Positions 9,387 to 19,366 are shown, numbered from the stretch's first letter. The stretch: DNA of 64,000 nt from an uncultured Pseudomonadota bacterium (GCA_963770835.1 CAVYRH010000026.1:544001-608000), one strand, 5' to 3'. A program made the numbers and translations. Notes: a model not told the origin generated them from the sequence alone.

Positions 9387-9938
9387 GTGGCAAAAATAGT
9401 TTTTTGGTTTTGGCGTTGTTGTCCGTGGTTGTCATTGGGTCTTTCATCTTGTTTCGGAATTGACCGGGATATGGGGTTGGCGCATGTTCCTGATATCCAA
9501 CAACGGGAGGGAATTACCGGAACCCAGGCCAACCCGACTCCCCTCGACCCTTTCAAACGGTACGATCTTGTGATGGCGGCCAATGAGTGCCGGTTTTTTA
9601 CCATGAAGGTCCCATCCCAATGGTATTGGAAGATCTACCTGACCGCGGCCGACCACGAGGAATCCCGCAGGGGAAGCCTCACCGCCGAAATCGCCCCCGC
9701 CAACCCGCCTTGGGGGCCCCTGCCCGCTACCAGTTTCAGCAAAAATTTCGACTTGTCGGGGCGCGAGGGAGTCCAAGCCGTCCTCGCCGTGGGTAATACC
9801 CAACCCGACCGGCTCGCTTCCTTCACGCTTTGCCAAGACGGGGCGCCTATCCATATCACCATCCAAAGCGAAGTTTCCGCGACCCATGCTCTTTTAGGGC
9901 CGAACAATGACCAGGCTGTGACCACCCTAGGACAGTAA
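9387..9938 (+). CDS. Hypothetical lipoprotein
   Basis: LGLSSC lipobox-like motif; start codon uncertain (GTG inside a repeat arm). Confidence 0.6.
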   Translation: MAKIVFWFWRCCPWLSLGLSSCFGIDRDMGLAHVPDIQQREGITGTQANPTPLDPFKRYDLVMAANECRFFTMKVPSQWYWKIYLTAADHEESRRGSLTAEIAPANPPWGPLPATSFSKNFDLSGREGVQAVLAVGNTQPDRLASFTLCQDGAPIHITIQSEVSATHALLGPNNDQAVTTLGQ

Positions 9939-9990
9939 AGCCGGCATTTGGTCCCCGGCCGCCAGCTGCCGCTTGAAAACCGAGGTTCGT

Positions 9991-10455
9991 ATGCCCTTCT
10001 ACTTCGCTTATGGTTCCAGCCTCTTGCGCGCCCAGATGGAGCGCCGTCTCATGGGCAACCGTCCCGTCACTCGCGCTTATTTGCGGGGTTACCGCCTGGC
10101 CTTTATGGGAAATTCAACCGAGCGCAAGGGGCCGGTGGCGAACCTCCTTCTCGACCCCTCCCGGTTTGTCCCCGGAACCCTCTATGAACTCAACGAAGTC
10201 ATGATCAAATACCTGGACCGGGCCGAGGCCTGCGAGAAGGGAACCTATAAACCGATGGAAGTAGAAGTTGAAAAGGACGATGGAAGCAAAGTTCCGACTA
10301 CCTGCTACCAGCTGGCCGCCGTTGATCCACCCTTCGGCCAGCCCAACCTGGGGTATCTCCTTCAGGTAAAACAGGGCTATAAGGAATGGGGCCTGCCGGA
10401 GGAAGTTTTAGAAGAGGCCGTGGAATGGAGCAAGGAAAACTCGAAATCCTCTTGA
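9991..10455 (+). CDS. Gamma-glutamylcyclotransferase (AIG2-like) family protein
   Basis: N-terminal YFAYGSSL..QM motif, LD..E..Y; RBS GAGG before ATG 9991. Confidence 0.85.
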   Translation: MPFYFAYGSSLLRAQMERRLMGNRPVTRAYLRGYRLAFMGNSTERKGPVANLLLDPSRFVPGTLYELNEVMIKYLDRAEACEKGTYKPMEVEVEKDDGSKVPTTCYQLAAVDPPFGQPNLGYLLQVKQGYKEWGLPEEVLEEAVEWSKENSKSS

Positions 10456-10583
10456 GCGTTTTTTTGACCAGAACCCTAGGCTCACATCCGCCGGGAAACC
10501 CGATTAACCCAGTGTTTACTTCTCCCGCCTAAATCAGTTGCCGCCCCATTGAAATAATTTTCAAAAAAATTGTTGAATGACTA

Positions 10584-10644
10584 TTGACATTTAAATGAGG
10601 TTATTGTATTTAATCATTTAGTTAATTAACTAAGAGGTTAAATA
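10584..10644 (+). promoter_or_regulatory. Promoter and tandem palindromic operator upstream of the ArsR regulator
   Basis: TTGACA at 10584; two adjacent TTAA-N8-TTAA palindromes (10610-10625, 10626-10641) forming a larger dyad centred on TAGTTAATTAACTA. Confidence 0.65.
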
Positions 10645-10646
10645 TA

Positions 10647-10997
10647 ATGCCCGTCGATCAACTCAGCGAGACATTCCAGGCCCTGGCCGACCCCACGCGG
10701 CGGGCTATGCTGGCAAAGCTCACGGAGGGAGAAGCTTCAGTCCAGCAGCTGGCCAAACCCTTCCGGATGAGCCTGCCGGCCATTTCAAAGCACCTCAAGG
10801 TTTTGGCAAAAAGCGGGCTGATCGTGCGCCGCAGTGAGGCCCAACGACGGCTTTACAAGCTCCAAACGAAGCCCATCAAGGAAGCGGTGGAATGGTTGGA
10901 GCACCACCGGAAGCTTTGGGAGCAGCGTCTGGACCGCTTGGATGAATATTTAAAGGAGCTTCAACAAAAGGAAAAGAAACAAGGCCATAAGCCTTAA
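10647..10997 (+). CDS. ArsR/SmtB family transcriptional regulator
   Basis: FQALADPTRR..L, MSLPAISKHLKVL..GL wHTH, W..RLDRL tail typical of SRPBCC-linked ArsR proteins. Confidence 0.92.
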   Translation: MPVDQLSETFQALADPTRRAMLAKLTEGEASVQQLAKPFRMSLPAISKHLKVLAKSGLIVRRSEAQRRLYKLQTKPIKEAVEWLEHHRKLWEQRLDRLDEYLKELQQKEKKQGHKP

Positions 10998-11039
10998 CGA
11001 CGACGTGAAATTAAATACGAAAAGGACTAGGAGGAAACT

Positions 11040-11531
11040 ATGCCGACAGAAACAGGAAATTTCGAATCGAGGGTCCATCCCAAGGACATCGTGTTGAAGC
11101 GGACCATAAAGGCGCCGCGAAAACTGGTCTTCGAGGCCCTCACCCAGTCCGAACACCTCGTTCATTTTTGGGCTCCCAAGCCTTACACCACCCACAACAG
11201 CAAGGTGGACCTGCGGCCCGGGGGGGAGTGGACCTACACCTTCCGCTCGCCCGAGGGCCAGGAACATCACAGCAAGCACATCTATAAAGAAGTGGATCCC
11301 CCGAAAAAATTGGTGATGGAAGCCGGCGTGCCCGGTCCCGGCGGCAAACCCTTCTTCCGCATCCTCCAGACCATTACGTTGGAGGACAAGGGGAAGGAAA
11401 CAGGCCTGGTGTTTGAGGCTAAGGTGTTGGAAGCCAACGAGGGTTCCGATCCTTTCCTGGGCGGAATGCTGCAGGGCACCAACATGACCCTCGACCAGAT
11501 GATCGAATACCTGGAATCGGGGAAGGTGTGA
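11040..11531 (+). CDS. SRPBCC (AHSA1-like) domain protein
   Basis: R.IKAPR.LVFEA.T..HL..FW.P, DLRPGG.W motifs. Confidence 0.88.
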   Translation: MPTETGNFESRVHPKDIVLKRTIKAPRKLVFEALTQSEHLVHFWAPKPYTTHNSKVDLRPGGEWTYTFRSPEGQEHHSKHIYKEVDPPKKLVMEAGVPGPGGKPFFRILQTITLEDKGKETGLVFEAKVLEANEGSDPFLGGMLQGTNMTLDQMIEYLESGKV

Positions 11532-12430
11532 GGCTCGACCGGGAACGAGGCGTCAAAGTATCGTTTTTTTTCCTACGGGCGGTATCGGGGTTTCTTTTCC
11601 TGCAGGCTGGCGGGCTCAAGCTTTTCGGGTGGTTCGGCGGCATGCCGCCCGAAATGCCCTTCCGCCTGTTTTCCGAAATCGGACTGGCGGGGGTGCTGGA
11701 GTTCTTTGGTGGTTTGATGATCCTGCTGGGTCTTTATACCCGGCCCGTAGCCTTCCTCCTGTCGGGGGAAATGGCGGTGGCCTACTGGCAAGCTCATGCC
11801 CCCAGGGGCGCCTGGCCCATCGAGAACCAAGGTGAGCCCGCGGTTTTGTTCTGTTTCATCTTCCTTTACCTGGCCGCGCGGGGCGGGGGAGAGTGGAGTT
11901 GGGATGCGTATATCGAAAACAAAAAAAAGGAGAAAAGAATGAGCCCCCCATCCAAAGAAGCGGGGAACACCATCGACCGGGAAATCCGGTCCACCCGCCT
12001 CCTCGAGGCGCCCCGGGACCTGGTTTGGAAGGTCTTCACACAGCCGGAACACATCGCCAAATGGTGGGGCCCTGACGGCTTTACCAACACCATCCACCAG
12101 ATGGACGTGCGCACCGGCGGGGCGTGGAATTTCGTCATGCACGGCCCCGACGGGAGGGATTATGAAAACAAGGTCATTTTCGTCGAGGTCGTGAAGCCTG
12201 AACGCCTGGTCTTCGATCATGTTGTGCACCCTTTCCACCGGACGGTCGTGACTTTTGTGGAAGAGGGTGGGAAGACCCGGTTGAACTTTGGGATGACCTT
12301 CGAGACCGCCGAATTGAAGAAAAAGGTGGCGAAGGAATTTGGGGCCGTGGAAGGCCTCGTCCAGAACCTGGACCGGCTGGCGGCCTACTTGGGAGAAATC
12401 CGTAATAACAAGGAGGCCCAGGATGGGTAA
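11528..12430 (+). CDS. DoxX family membrane protein fused in frame to an SRPBCC domain (probably two genes: ~11528-11942 and 11939-12430)
   Basis: DoxX motifs (KLFGW, GLYTRPVAFLLSGEMAVAYW, GGG.WS.D) followed by AHSA1 motifs (WWGPDGFT, DVRTGG.W.FVMHGPDG); internal RBS AGGAG plus ATG at 11939. Confidence 0.8.
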   Translation: MRLDRERGVKVSFFFLRAVSGFLFLQAGGLKLFGWFGGMPPEMPFRLFSEIGLAGVLEFFGGLMILLGLYTRPVAFLLSGEMAVAYWQAHAPRGAWPIENQGEPAVLFCFIFLYLAARGGGEWSWDAYIENKKKEKRMSPPSKEAGNTIDREIRSTRLLEAPRDLVWKVFTQPEHIAKWWGPDGFTNTIHQMDVRTGGAWNFVMHGPDGRDYENKVIFVEVVKPERLVFDHVVHPFHRTVVTFVEEGGKTRLNFGMTFETAELKKKVAKEFGAVEGLVQNLDRLAAYLGEIRNNKEAQDG

Positions 12431-13064
12431 AGTAAGAGTTGCCGGTATAGGTGTCTCCATGGATGGCTTTGCCGCTGGTCCGGATCAAGACCTGGAGAAT
12501 CCCTTGGGGGTCCGGGGCCCGGAGCTGTTTGGCTGGTTTTTCCCAACGAAAATATTCAACGATATGCATGGAAGCGGCGGCGGAACGACCGGGGTGGACA
12601 ACCAATTCGCCGAAAGATCCTTCAAGAACGTTGGGGCCTGGGTATTGGGCCGAAATATGTTCGGCCCCGTCCGCGGGCCCTGGCCGGATGAATCCTGGAA
12701 AGGCTGGTGGGGAGCCAACCCGCCTTACCATTTGCCAACTTTTGTCCTGACCCACCATGCCCGTCCGCCGCTTGAGATGGAAGGCGGGACAAAATTCATT
12801 TTCGTGACGGACGGGATCCAATCGGCCCTCCGGCAAGCCCAACAAGCCGTGGGGGATAGGGATGTGCGTATCGGCGGAGGTGTTGCGACCATCCGCCAGT
12901 ATTTAAAGGCCGGCTTGGTTGATGAAATGCACCTGGCCCTGATGCCGGTGCTGATGGGAAAGGGCGAGAATCTTTTTTCAGGACTTGACCTGCATGAGCT
13001 GGGTTTTAAGTGCGTCGAGCGTGTTTCCACTGAACAGGCAACCCATGTGGTGTTGAAAAAATAG
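12423..13064 (+). CDS. Dihydrofolate reductase/RibD C-terminal family protein
   Basis: S.DGF.AGP, GRNMFGP, WWG.NPPYH..FVLTH, GGG...RQYL..GLVDE motifs. Confidence 0.9.
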   Translation: MGKVRVAGIGVSMDGFAAGPDQDLENPLGVRGPELFGWFFPTKIFNDMHGSGGGTTGVDNQFAERSFKNVGAWVLGRNMFGPVRGPWPDESWKGWWGANPPYHLPTFVLTHHARPPLEMEGGTKFIFVTDGIQSALRQAQQAVGDRDVRIGGGVATIRQYLKAGLVDEMHLALMPVLMGKGENLFSGLDLHELGFKCVERVSTEQATHVVLKK

Positions 13065-13075
13065 GAGGAAATTTC

Positions 13076-13549
13076 ATGAAAAAAATAACGCCGTTTTTGT
13101 GGTTCGACACCGAGGCTGAGGAGGCGGCCAAGTTCTACACCTCCATTTTCACGAAATCGAAGATCCATACGGTCACTCGCTACGGAGACGAGGGCGCGGG
13201 CCCGAAGGGCAAGGTCATGACCGTGGGGTTTGCCCTTAACGGGCAGGAATTCTTGGCCTTGAATGGCGGCCCCCAATTCAAATTTACCGAGGCCATTTCG
13301 TTCATGGTGTACTGCGACACCCAAAAAGAAGTGGATTACTATTGGAAAAAACTCACTCAGGGCGGCAAGGAAATCCAATGCGGCTGGCTGAAGGATAAAT
13401 ACGGATTGGCCTGGCAAATCGTCCCCCGGGTTTTCTTTAAGTTGATAAGCGGCCGGGATCCCGAAAGAAAGAAAAGGGTCATGAAGGCCATGATGCAAAT
13501 GGTGAAAATGGACATCCGGGCCTTGAAAAAGGCTTACGCGGGGAAATAG
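13076..13549 (+). CDS. VOC/PhnB-like (3-demethylubiquinone-9 3-methyltransferase family) protein
   Basis: [42 protein letters not shown]. Confidence 0.92.
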   Translation: MKKITPFLWFDTEAEEAAKFYTSIFTKSKIHTVTRYGDEGAGPKGKVMTVGFALNGQEFLALNGGPQFKFTEAISFMVYCDTQKEVDYYWKKLTQGGKEIQCGWLKDKYGLAWQIVPRVFFKLISGRDPERKKRVMKAMMQMVKMDIRALKKAYAGK

Positions 13550-13585
13550 CATGACGGGCCGCTTAAAACAAAAAGGAGAGAGAGC

Positions 13586-14119
13586 ATGCTCAAGAAAATC
13601 CTGATCGGCTTAGTTGTGGTCATCGCCGTCATCCTGGTTGCGGCTTCCTTCCAACCCAACACCTTCCATGTGGAGCGCACGGTGACCATCGCCGCGGTGC
13701 CGGAGAAGATATTCCCCCAGATCAACGACTTCCACAATTGGACCGCCTGGGATCCCTGGGCGAAGATGGACCCGTCCATGAAGGTGACTTACAGCGGCGT
13801 GGCCAACGGCAAAGGCGCGGTCTACGAGTGGCAGGGTAACGGCCAGGTGGGACAAGGGCGCATGGAAATCACCGATTCCACCCCAACGAAGATAACGATC
13901 CAACTCGATTTCATCAAACCCATGTCGGCCCGCGACAGCGCCACTTTCACCTTGAACCCCAAGGGGAACTCCACCGATGTCACCTGGGCCATGGACGGTA
14001 ATGTGCCCTTCATCGGAAAGATATTCCACCTCTTTATGAACATGGACAAGATGATCGGAGGGTCTTTTGACCAAGGGCTAGCCAGTATGAAGGCCGTCGC
14101 CGAAGCCCCGAGTAAATAA
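13586..14119 (+). CDS. SRPBCC family protein (polyketide cyclase-like) with N-terminal anchor
   Basis: F.VER...I.A..EKIFP.INDFH.W..W.PW, G.G.MEI, LDFIKP, MDKMIG..F..GL. Confidence 0.88.
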   Translation: MLKKILIGLVVVIAVILVAASFQPNTFHVERTVTIAAVPEKIFPQINDFHNWTAWDPWAKMDPSMKVTYSGVANGKGAVYEWQGNGQVGQGRMEITDSTPTKITIQLDFIKPMSARDSATFTLNPKGNSTDVTWAMDGNVPFIGKIFHLFMNMDKMIGGSFDQGLASMKAVAEAPSK

Positions 14120-14226
14120 TAAAACAGGGGGAGTCCCAGTGCCTGGGCACGGTGTTTAAGCCGGGGAATGTATTGCTTTATTACCAACCCGATGGAAAAT
14201 AACCGGTAAGAAGAAAATTATTTTCC

Positions 14227-14820
14227 ATGGGAAACTCCGTGCAAAGCTCCCCTATCTTAAAAATCATGGACTTGGTCTTAAAGCAGGATTCCCGGCCCTT
14301 CGCCCGACTGGTGAAGGGCAAGCCCATTGCCGAAGGCCGCAGGGCGGTGGCGACCTTTTCCGAAAAGGATTTTAAACCAGATCAGAATCCCCAAACCCTT
14401 CCTTTCATCCAAGCCGCACTTTACCTCTGTTTCGATTGTTTCGACGAAGCTCACCAGATCGCCCAGGACCACGAGGGCGTCATCGGAAACTGGATTCATG
14501 CCATCGCGCACCGGCGCGAGCCGGACGCCTCGAATTCCAAGTATTGGTACCACCGAGTCCATGCTCCGGCCAAGGTTTTCGCGGGTATCGGCGGGGATTC
14601 TCTGGCGTTCCTCAAAAAATCACTTGTTCCCGAGTTGGAAATCCTGGCAAAGAAGATGGAAAAGTCAAAGGCCTGGGAACCGGAAACCTTCGTAGATTTA
14701 TGCGATCAATTCCGGGAAAAAGATATCCAGAGTCCTACCTACAAAACCTTGGCAGGTATCCAGGAAATCGAATGGAAGGGCCTGTCTGAATATATCCTTT
14801 CCCCAAAGGATGGCGGGTAA
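14227..14820 (+). CDS. Conserved hypothetical protein
   Basis: AH.IAQ..W.HAI.HRREPD..N.KYW motif of an uncharacterised family. Confidence 0.75.
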   Translation: MGNSVQSSPILKIMDLVLKQDSRPFARLVKGKPIAEGRRAVATFSEKDFKPDQNPQTLPFIQAALYLCFDCFDEAHQIAQDHEGVIGNWIHAIAHRREPDASNSKYWYHRVHAPAKVFAGIGGDSLAFLKKSLVPELEILAKKMEKSKAWEPETFVDLCDQFREKDIQSPTYKTLAGIQEIEWKGLSEYILSPKDGG

Positions 14821-14847
14821 CCATTGCTTTTGGCGCTTGCGGCTAAT

Positions 14848-14885
14848 AAAAAACCCTTGCCCCACAGGGAGCAAGGGTTTTTTTT
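14848..14885. terminator. Bidirectional Rho-independent terminator
   Basis: aaaaaacccttgc...gcaagggtttttttt between convergent genes. Confidence 0.85.
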
Positions 14886-14915
14886 GAGATCGGCTAATTC
14901 GGTCGAGACTAATTT

Positions 14916-15830
14916 TTAATGATGCGATTCCGCTACCCCCAAACCAATCCCAATCAGACCACCCTTGACGCCGGTGGTGCTGGCGACATTGGTGGTCCAG
15001 CCAACGGCCTCGTAAGCCGAAATATATGTTGCCGGCGAGGAAAGAGAATAAGCCGAAGAAGGGAAAGGAAAGGGGTTGCCTGAGGGTGAAGTTGATTGGT
15101 AAGTCAACGAACCGGTTGTGCCGCTAACGCCATAGGCAAAAGCTGCATCGATTGAACCTAAGCTGTTAATGGCAGCCGTCACTCCGCCGTTGGAGGCGTT
15201 ATAAGTGAAGGCATAACCGCCCGGCTCGGTCAATGAACAGGTTGCCGTGTCCCCGATGTTGGCCACCGTCAAGGTGTAGGAAGTGCCGCCCAGGTATGAA
15301 ATTTGGGCCGGGGAACTGACACTGCCACTACCGGTGGAAGCGTAGCAGGAGAAGTTATAACCGTTGTAGGAAGCGGAAGCCAAATAAATGAGTGGTATGG
15401 CCGTTCCACCGTTGGGGGTCAGAGTCACAGCCGCGGTGGAAACGGCTTGATTGGCTACCGAGAGGTCCACCATAGCTAGGCCATAAGAAACGGGCGTCCC
15501 TCCCAACTGCGAAGTGTCCTCGTCAATCCCCAGGATCATTCCGATGGCCCAAGTTCCATTCCCACCCGCAGCAAAGGGAGACACGGAAGAGAAGGCGGGT
15601 GAAAAGGCAGAGGAAAAAGCGCTGGCCATGCTGTTGTTGGCGGAGCCCGAAGCACCGCTCGCAACGGAAGTGCTACCGTTGGCGAAAGGGAACAATGCGG
15701 ACATGGGAACCCCGTTGTTGTTACTACTGGACGGGCCTACAGAACTTGTTTTGGTGCAGCCCCATTGGAACCCCGCCAAAAGACCGACCGTTAAAAGGGT
15801 TAACAAAGCCTTGAGATTGTGATTCCTCAT
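14916..15830 (-). CDS. Ser/Thr/Gly-rich hypothetical lipoprotein
   Basis: RBS GAGGA upstream on the minus strand, signal peptide ending QWGC, beta-rich extracellular composition. Confidence 0.7.
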   Translation of the reverse strand: MRNHNLKALLTLLTVGLLAGFQWGCTKTSSVGPSSSNNNGVPMSALFPFANGSTSVASGASGSANNSMASAFSSAFSPAFSSVSPFAAGGNGTWAIGMILGIDEDTSQLGGTPVSYGLAMVDLSVANQAVSTAAVTLTPNGGTAIPLIYLASASYNGYNFSCYASTGSGSVSSPAQISYLGGTSYTLTVANIGDTATCSLTEPGGYAFTYNASNGGVTAAINSLGSIDAAFAYGVSGTTGSLTYQSTSPSGNPFPFPSSAYSLSSPATYISAYEAVGWTTNVASTTGVKGGLIGIGLGVAESHH

Positions 15831-16010
15831 TCCATCCTCCTCAGAAATATAAGCGAGACAGAAAATTCCAAAAACGTCCCTTGGTTTCTGCCTTGCCCTA
15901 AAATCGATTGCTGGGAATTATATCAGATTCTCGCCGCTCCCATCTTTCAAACCGGTTAAAAGTTAAAATCACCTAAAACACCTCAAAACTATGATAAAAC
16001 GCTTAAAACC

Positions 16011-17024
16011 ATGGCCATTCTAAATAAAGCCGTCCTGCCCGCTAAGCCATACCGGCATCTTTCCCGCTCCAAAAAACTTGGAGTGGTGGTTTTACTGGCT
16101 TGTCTTCTTCTCGGAAAAAGGGTTTGGGCGGACCCTTCCATTCATTTTCAATTGGAATCTCTTGTCGTTACCGGAACTACCAGCTATGACATCACTTTTT
16201 CGAGTGTCAGCTCCACCTATGGAAATTACAACGGCGAAAGTAAGCTCCAGTACAACCTGAACGCGGACATGGTTGGGCTGAGCTGTGGGGTTTCTTTCGA
16301 CCCCTTCCCCCTGGCCCTAAGCGTGGAATACGCCTTTTCCGTGTCGGGGGACGGCCAAATTCTCCGGGACAGGGATTGGGTTTACGATCCCGCTTACAAC
16401 GCTTCTTATGGAACCTTAGTTGGAGACACCACTTCCACGGGCATTTCTACTCCCGCCCAATTCTTCAGTGTTACTCTCCAATCGCCCCTCATTTCGTTTG
16501 GGACCGGCAACCCGAGGTTGGGTGTCGAGCTGGGTTTCGAATCCAGGTATTGGGGAATCTTCGACGTTTATAACTATTCGGGGAACTACTACCAATTTTT
16601 TACCAATAACGGGCAAAATTCCGTCAGCGTGGTTTCTCCCACACCCGTGCTTAGCTACCAAATCACAACCCATTCCTACTTTGCCGGCCTTAATTTCCAA
16701 GCGGGACTATTTCCAGGAATCCAAGGGGAAATCGGGGCAAGGGCCGGCCTGGCTGATTTCAACGATTTCGACGACCATTATTTGGACCAGAGAATAGCGA
16801 CGGGCGCGGGAAGCGGGTTCGTTTGGGATTTTGATTCTCAACTATTTTGGAACCTCGGAAACGACTGGATTCTTTCAGGTGACATCGAGGCCATGGATTT
16901 GTGGGCAACCGGAACCCAGACCCAAGCCTCCCAGGTCTTGCCATTCAGCCTGGTGGTCAACGACCAAGTGGAAACTTTTCAACTCAGTTTCGGACTTGAA
17001 CTGGCTTTTTTGTTCAACTTGTAA
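16011..17024 (+). CDS. Omptin-family outer-membrane protease-like beta-barrel
   Basis: Signal peptide; DRDW and DFDDHY motifs matching the OmpT/Pla catalytic Asp/Asp and Asp/His pairs; aromatic barrel C-terminus. Confidence 0.7.
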   Translation: MAILNKAVLPAKPYRHLSRSKKLGVVVLLACLLLGKRVWADPSIHFQLESLVVTGTTSYDITFSSVSSTYGNYNGESKLQYNLNADMVGLSCGVSFDPFPLALSVEYAFSVSGDGQILRDRDWVYDPAYNASYGTLVGDTTSTGISTPAQFFSVTLQSPLISFGTGNPRLGVELGFESRYWGIFDVYNYSGNYYQFFTNNGQNSVSVVSPTPVLSYQITTHSYFAGLNFQAGLFPGIQGEIGARAGLADFNDFDDHYLDQRIATGAGSGFVWDFDSQLFWNLGNDWILSGDIEAMDLWATGTQTQASQVLPFSLVVNDQVETFQLSFGLELAFLFNL

Positions 17025-17305
17025 AAAGGAGTGCCCGAAAAAACTCCTCTTTGTGAAAAATTTCATCCGAAACGACAAACGATATCAGCTTTCTCGCCTC
17101 CCGTTCAACCTACCCGAAATTCATGGGGTAAAGCTATTGCCTTGGTTTAACGAAGAATCAACTTGGGTTGGATCGGTTCCGTTCCTAAACTATGAATGAA
17201 GGTCCCCAATATCAACGGCGGCTGATTCCGCTGTGCTGAAGCTGGCTACCGGGAGACGCAAACCATGATCAGGGCAACCTTCCCTTTTAAAAACGGAGGT
17301 TTTGT

Positions 17306-18577
17306 ATGAATCAGGATGCTTCCAGCATCGGTTCAGTCGTCCTATCCGTTCTTTTCTTTCCCACCTTTTTCCAGAAAGCCCTTTTGGAATTCACCTGGGG
17401 CGCGGGAGACCCGCTTTGGCTGGCAAGCCTCAAGCGGGTTTTCCTACTCCTCCCCACAAGCGCCGCCATCGTGTGCTTGTGGGTGAGCATCCTCTGCATC
17501 CTGACGGTGATCGTCCGGCAGCGGCGGGTGGAATTCCTCAAGGCCTTTTTCGTTACCTGGTGGGATTTCCTGAAAAGCGTCTTCGCTTATTGGGGGGGCT
17601 TTTTCAAGTTCCTCTTCGTGCTGGCGGCGGCCCTCTATGGCCTGGTGCGCATCATCGTGCTGGGCACCTGGTTCATCCTGCAGGACATCCTGTTGGTGCC
17701 CTTCCGGATGATCCGATCGGTGGCCAAGAGCGCCTCCACGCCAGGGGTGCCCTGGATCGCGGTGATCCTCACCTTCTTCTGGTGCCTGGTGGAGGCGGTG
17801 GTTTTCACCTACGTCATGACACCCCTAGTGATGGACACCCTGTCCAACCTGACCGGGGGCGAGCTTTCGGAAGGTGTCATCCGCATTCCGCTCTTCCTCT
17901 TCATGCTCTTCCTCATCCTAGGCAGTTACGCGGTGCTGGCGGCCTGGACCCAGGCCCTGGCCACGAAGAACATTCCCACCATCCTCAAGATCACGCTGGT
18001 GGAGTGCGTGGCGGCCTTCGTGGAAGTCCTCTTCCTTTACCGGGAACTTGTGGATTCGCTGGTGCCCTGGTTCGCTCAACACACATCCCAGGACTTCGAC
18101 CTAGGGATGGGCGGCACCTTAGGTCTGGGGCTCCTCGCTTGGCTGGGGGTAAGGGGCATGACCTGGTTCCTCTTCGCCTCCCATGGTGTGCCCGTCATCA
18201 CGTCCATCATCCAGGGAACAGGCTTGAAGAAACCCGAGCAATCCGGGACCAAGACGATGGAGGCTACCTTCGCCTATACGGTGAGCTTTTATTATCACTT
18301 CAAGGCGGACGCCGATTGGGTGAAGGAGAAGTCCGACGAACTACTGGGGGCCTTCATCCTACCGCCCCTGCAGGTGGTCTCGGCCACGGTCAATTTCTTC
18401 ATCCTGCTTATCGCTTCCCGCCACCTCTTCGACCTGCCCTTCAAGGGATTCCGCGATATTATGCGCTCTAAGGAACTTTTGCAGGCCAAGCCCCCCATCG
18501 TCAAAGGGGGCAAGAAGTCCAAACCCAAGCTGGCGGTGGTGGGGACGGAAACGTCCTCCTCGGAGGCGCGGTCATGA
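17306..18577 (+). CDS. Polytopic membrane protein of unknown function
   Basis: RBS GGAGG; many hydrophobic helices; ATGA coupling to the next gene. Confidence 0.8.
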   Translation: MNQDASSIGSVVLSVLFFPTFFQKALLEFTWGAGDPLWLASLKRVFLLLPTSAAIVCLWVSILCILTVIVRQRRVEFLKAFFVTWWDFLKSVFAYWGGFFKFLFVLAAALYGLVRIIVLGTWFILQDILLVPFRMIRSVAKSASTPGVPWIAVILTFFWCLVEAVVFTYVMTPLVMDTLSNLTGGELSEGVIRIPLFLFMLFLILGSYAVLAAWTQALATKNIPTILKITLVECVAAFVEVLFLYRELVDSLVPWFAQHTSQDFDLGMGGTLGLGLLAWLGVRGMTWFLFASHGVPVITSIIQGTGLKKPEQSGTKTMEATFAYTVSFYYHFKADADWVKEKSDELLGAFILPPLQVVSATVNFFILLIASRHLFDLPFKGFRDIMRSKELLQAKPPIVKGGKKSKPKLAVVGTETSSSEARS

Positions 18578-19347
18578 GGGCGCACGGATTGTTTTTGCTA
18601 ACCGCCCTGGCGCTCCTTCCGGCGGGTTCCACCCAAGCGGGGTGGCTGGACATGACGCCCCAGCCGCGCCTGGTCATGTTCGTGGGCATCGACATGAGCG
18701 GGTCCTTCCTGAAGGGGCCGGACTTCGACGATTCGATCTCCTTCCTTTCCCGCTACCTCTACGCCCACTTGAACGGCCTGGAAGGGCTGGACAAGCCCGC
18801 CGCCCTTTTCGTGGGAACTATCGGGGGAAACAAGGCGGACGAGGCGAAGGTCTTCTACCCCATCGAAATTTTCCAGAACAAGTCCCCGGAGGAGATCGAG
18901 GCCAAGCTCCACGAGCTTTTCCCCAAGACCCACGAGGACCTCTACACCGATTACAATGCCTTTTTCGACAAGGTCACCGAGATGGTCAAGGACCGCAAGA
19001 TGATCCTCAAGCCCCTTACGGTCATCATGGTCAGCGACGGCATGCTGGATATTCCGGGGAAGAACGGTCGGCACGACTACCGCTCCATCAACCTGATGCC
19101 GATGGAAAAGCTCTCGCGCAACGTCACCCTGAGGCTCCTTTACACCAGCCCGACGGTGGGCAAGAAATGGGAAAGCCTGATTCCCCGGCGCCGGGTCAAG
19201 GTCTGGACCCAGGAGGCGCCGGTCATGGAGACCTGGAAGGACCCCAAGATCTTCATTCCGGCGGACCCCATGGAAAAGCAGGGCCTTTTCGTCAAATGGG
19301 TGAAGAACAACGTGGATTTCGGAGTAAGGATTAAGAGGGTGGATTGA
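18574..19347 (+). CDS. Secreted VWA-like (MIDAS) protein
   Basis: Signal peptide; beta-strand then DMSGS (DxSxS), TD, and IMVSDG MIDAS elements. Confidence 0.7.
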   Translation: MRAHGLFLLTALALLPAGSTQAGWLDMTPQPRLVMFVGIDMSGSFLKGPDFDDSISFLSRYLYAHLNGLEGLDKPAALFVGTIGGNKADEAKVFYPIEIFQNKSPEEIEAKLHELFPKTHEDLYTDYNAFFDKVTEMVKDRKMILKPLTVIMVSDGMLDIPGKNGRHDYRSINLMPMEKLSRNVTLRLLYTSPTVGKKWESLIPRRRVKVWTQEAPVMETWKDPKIFIPADPMEKQGLFVKWVKNNVDFGVRIKRVD

Positions 19348-19366
19348 GGATCCACCTTGTTGAGGC

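Noticed and set aside
17200..17295. Possible c-di-AMP or c-di-GMP riboswitch upstream of the membrane/VWA pair (gctgattcc, gacgcaaa, agggcaaccttccc fragments)
   Set aside because: Only scattered fragments match; the conserved 3' core and stem order are missing. An Infernal scan would settle it.
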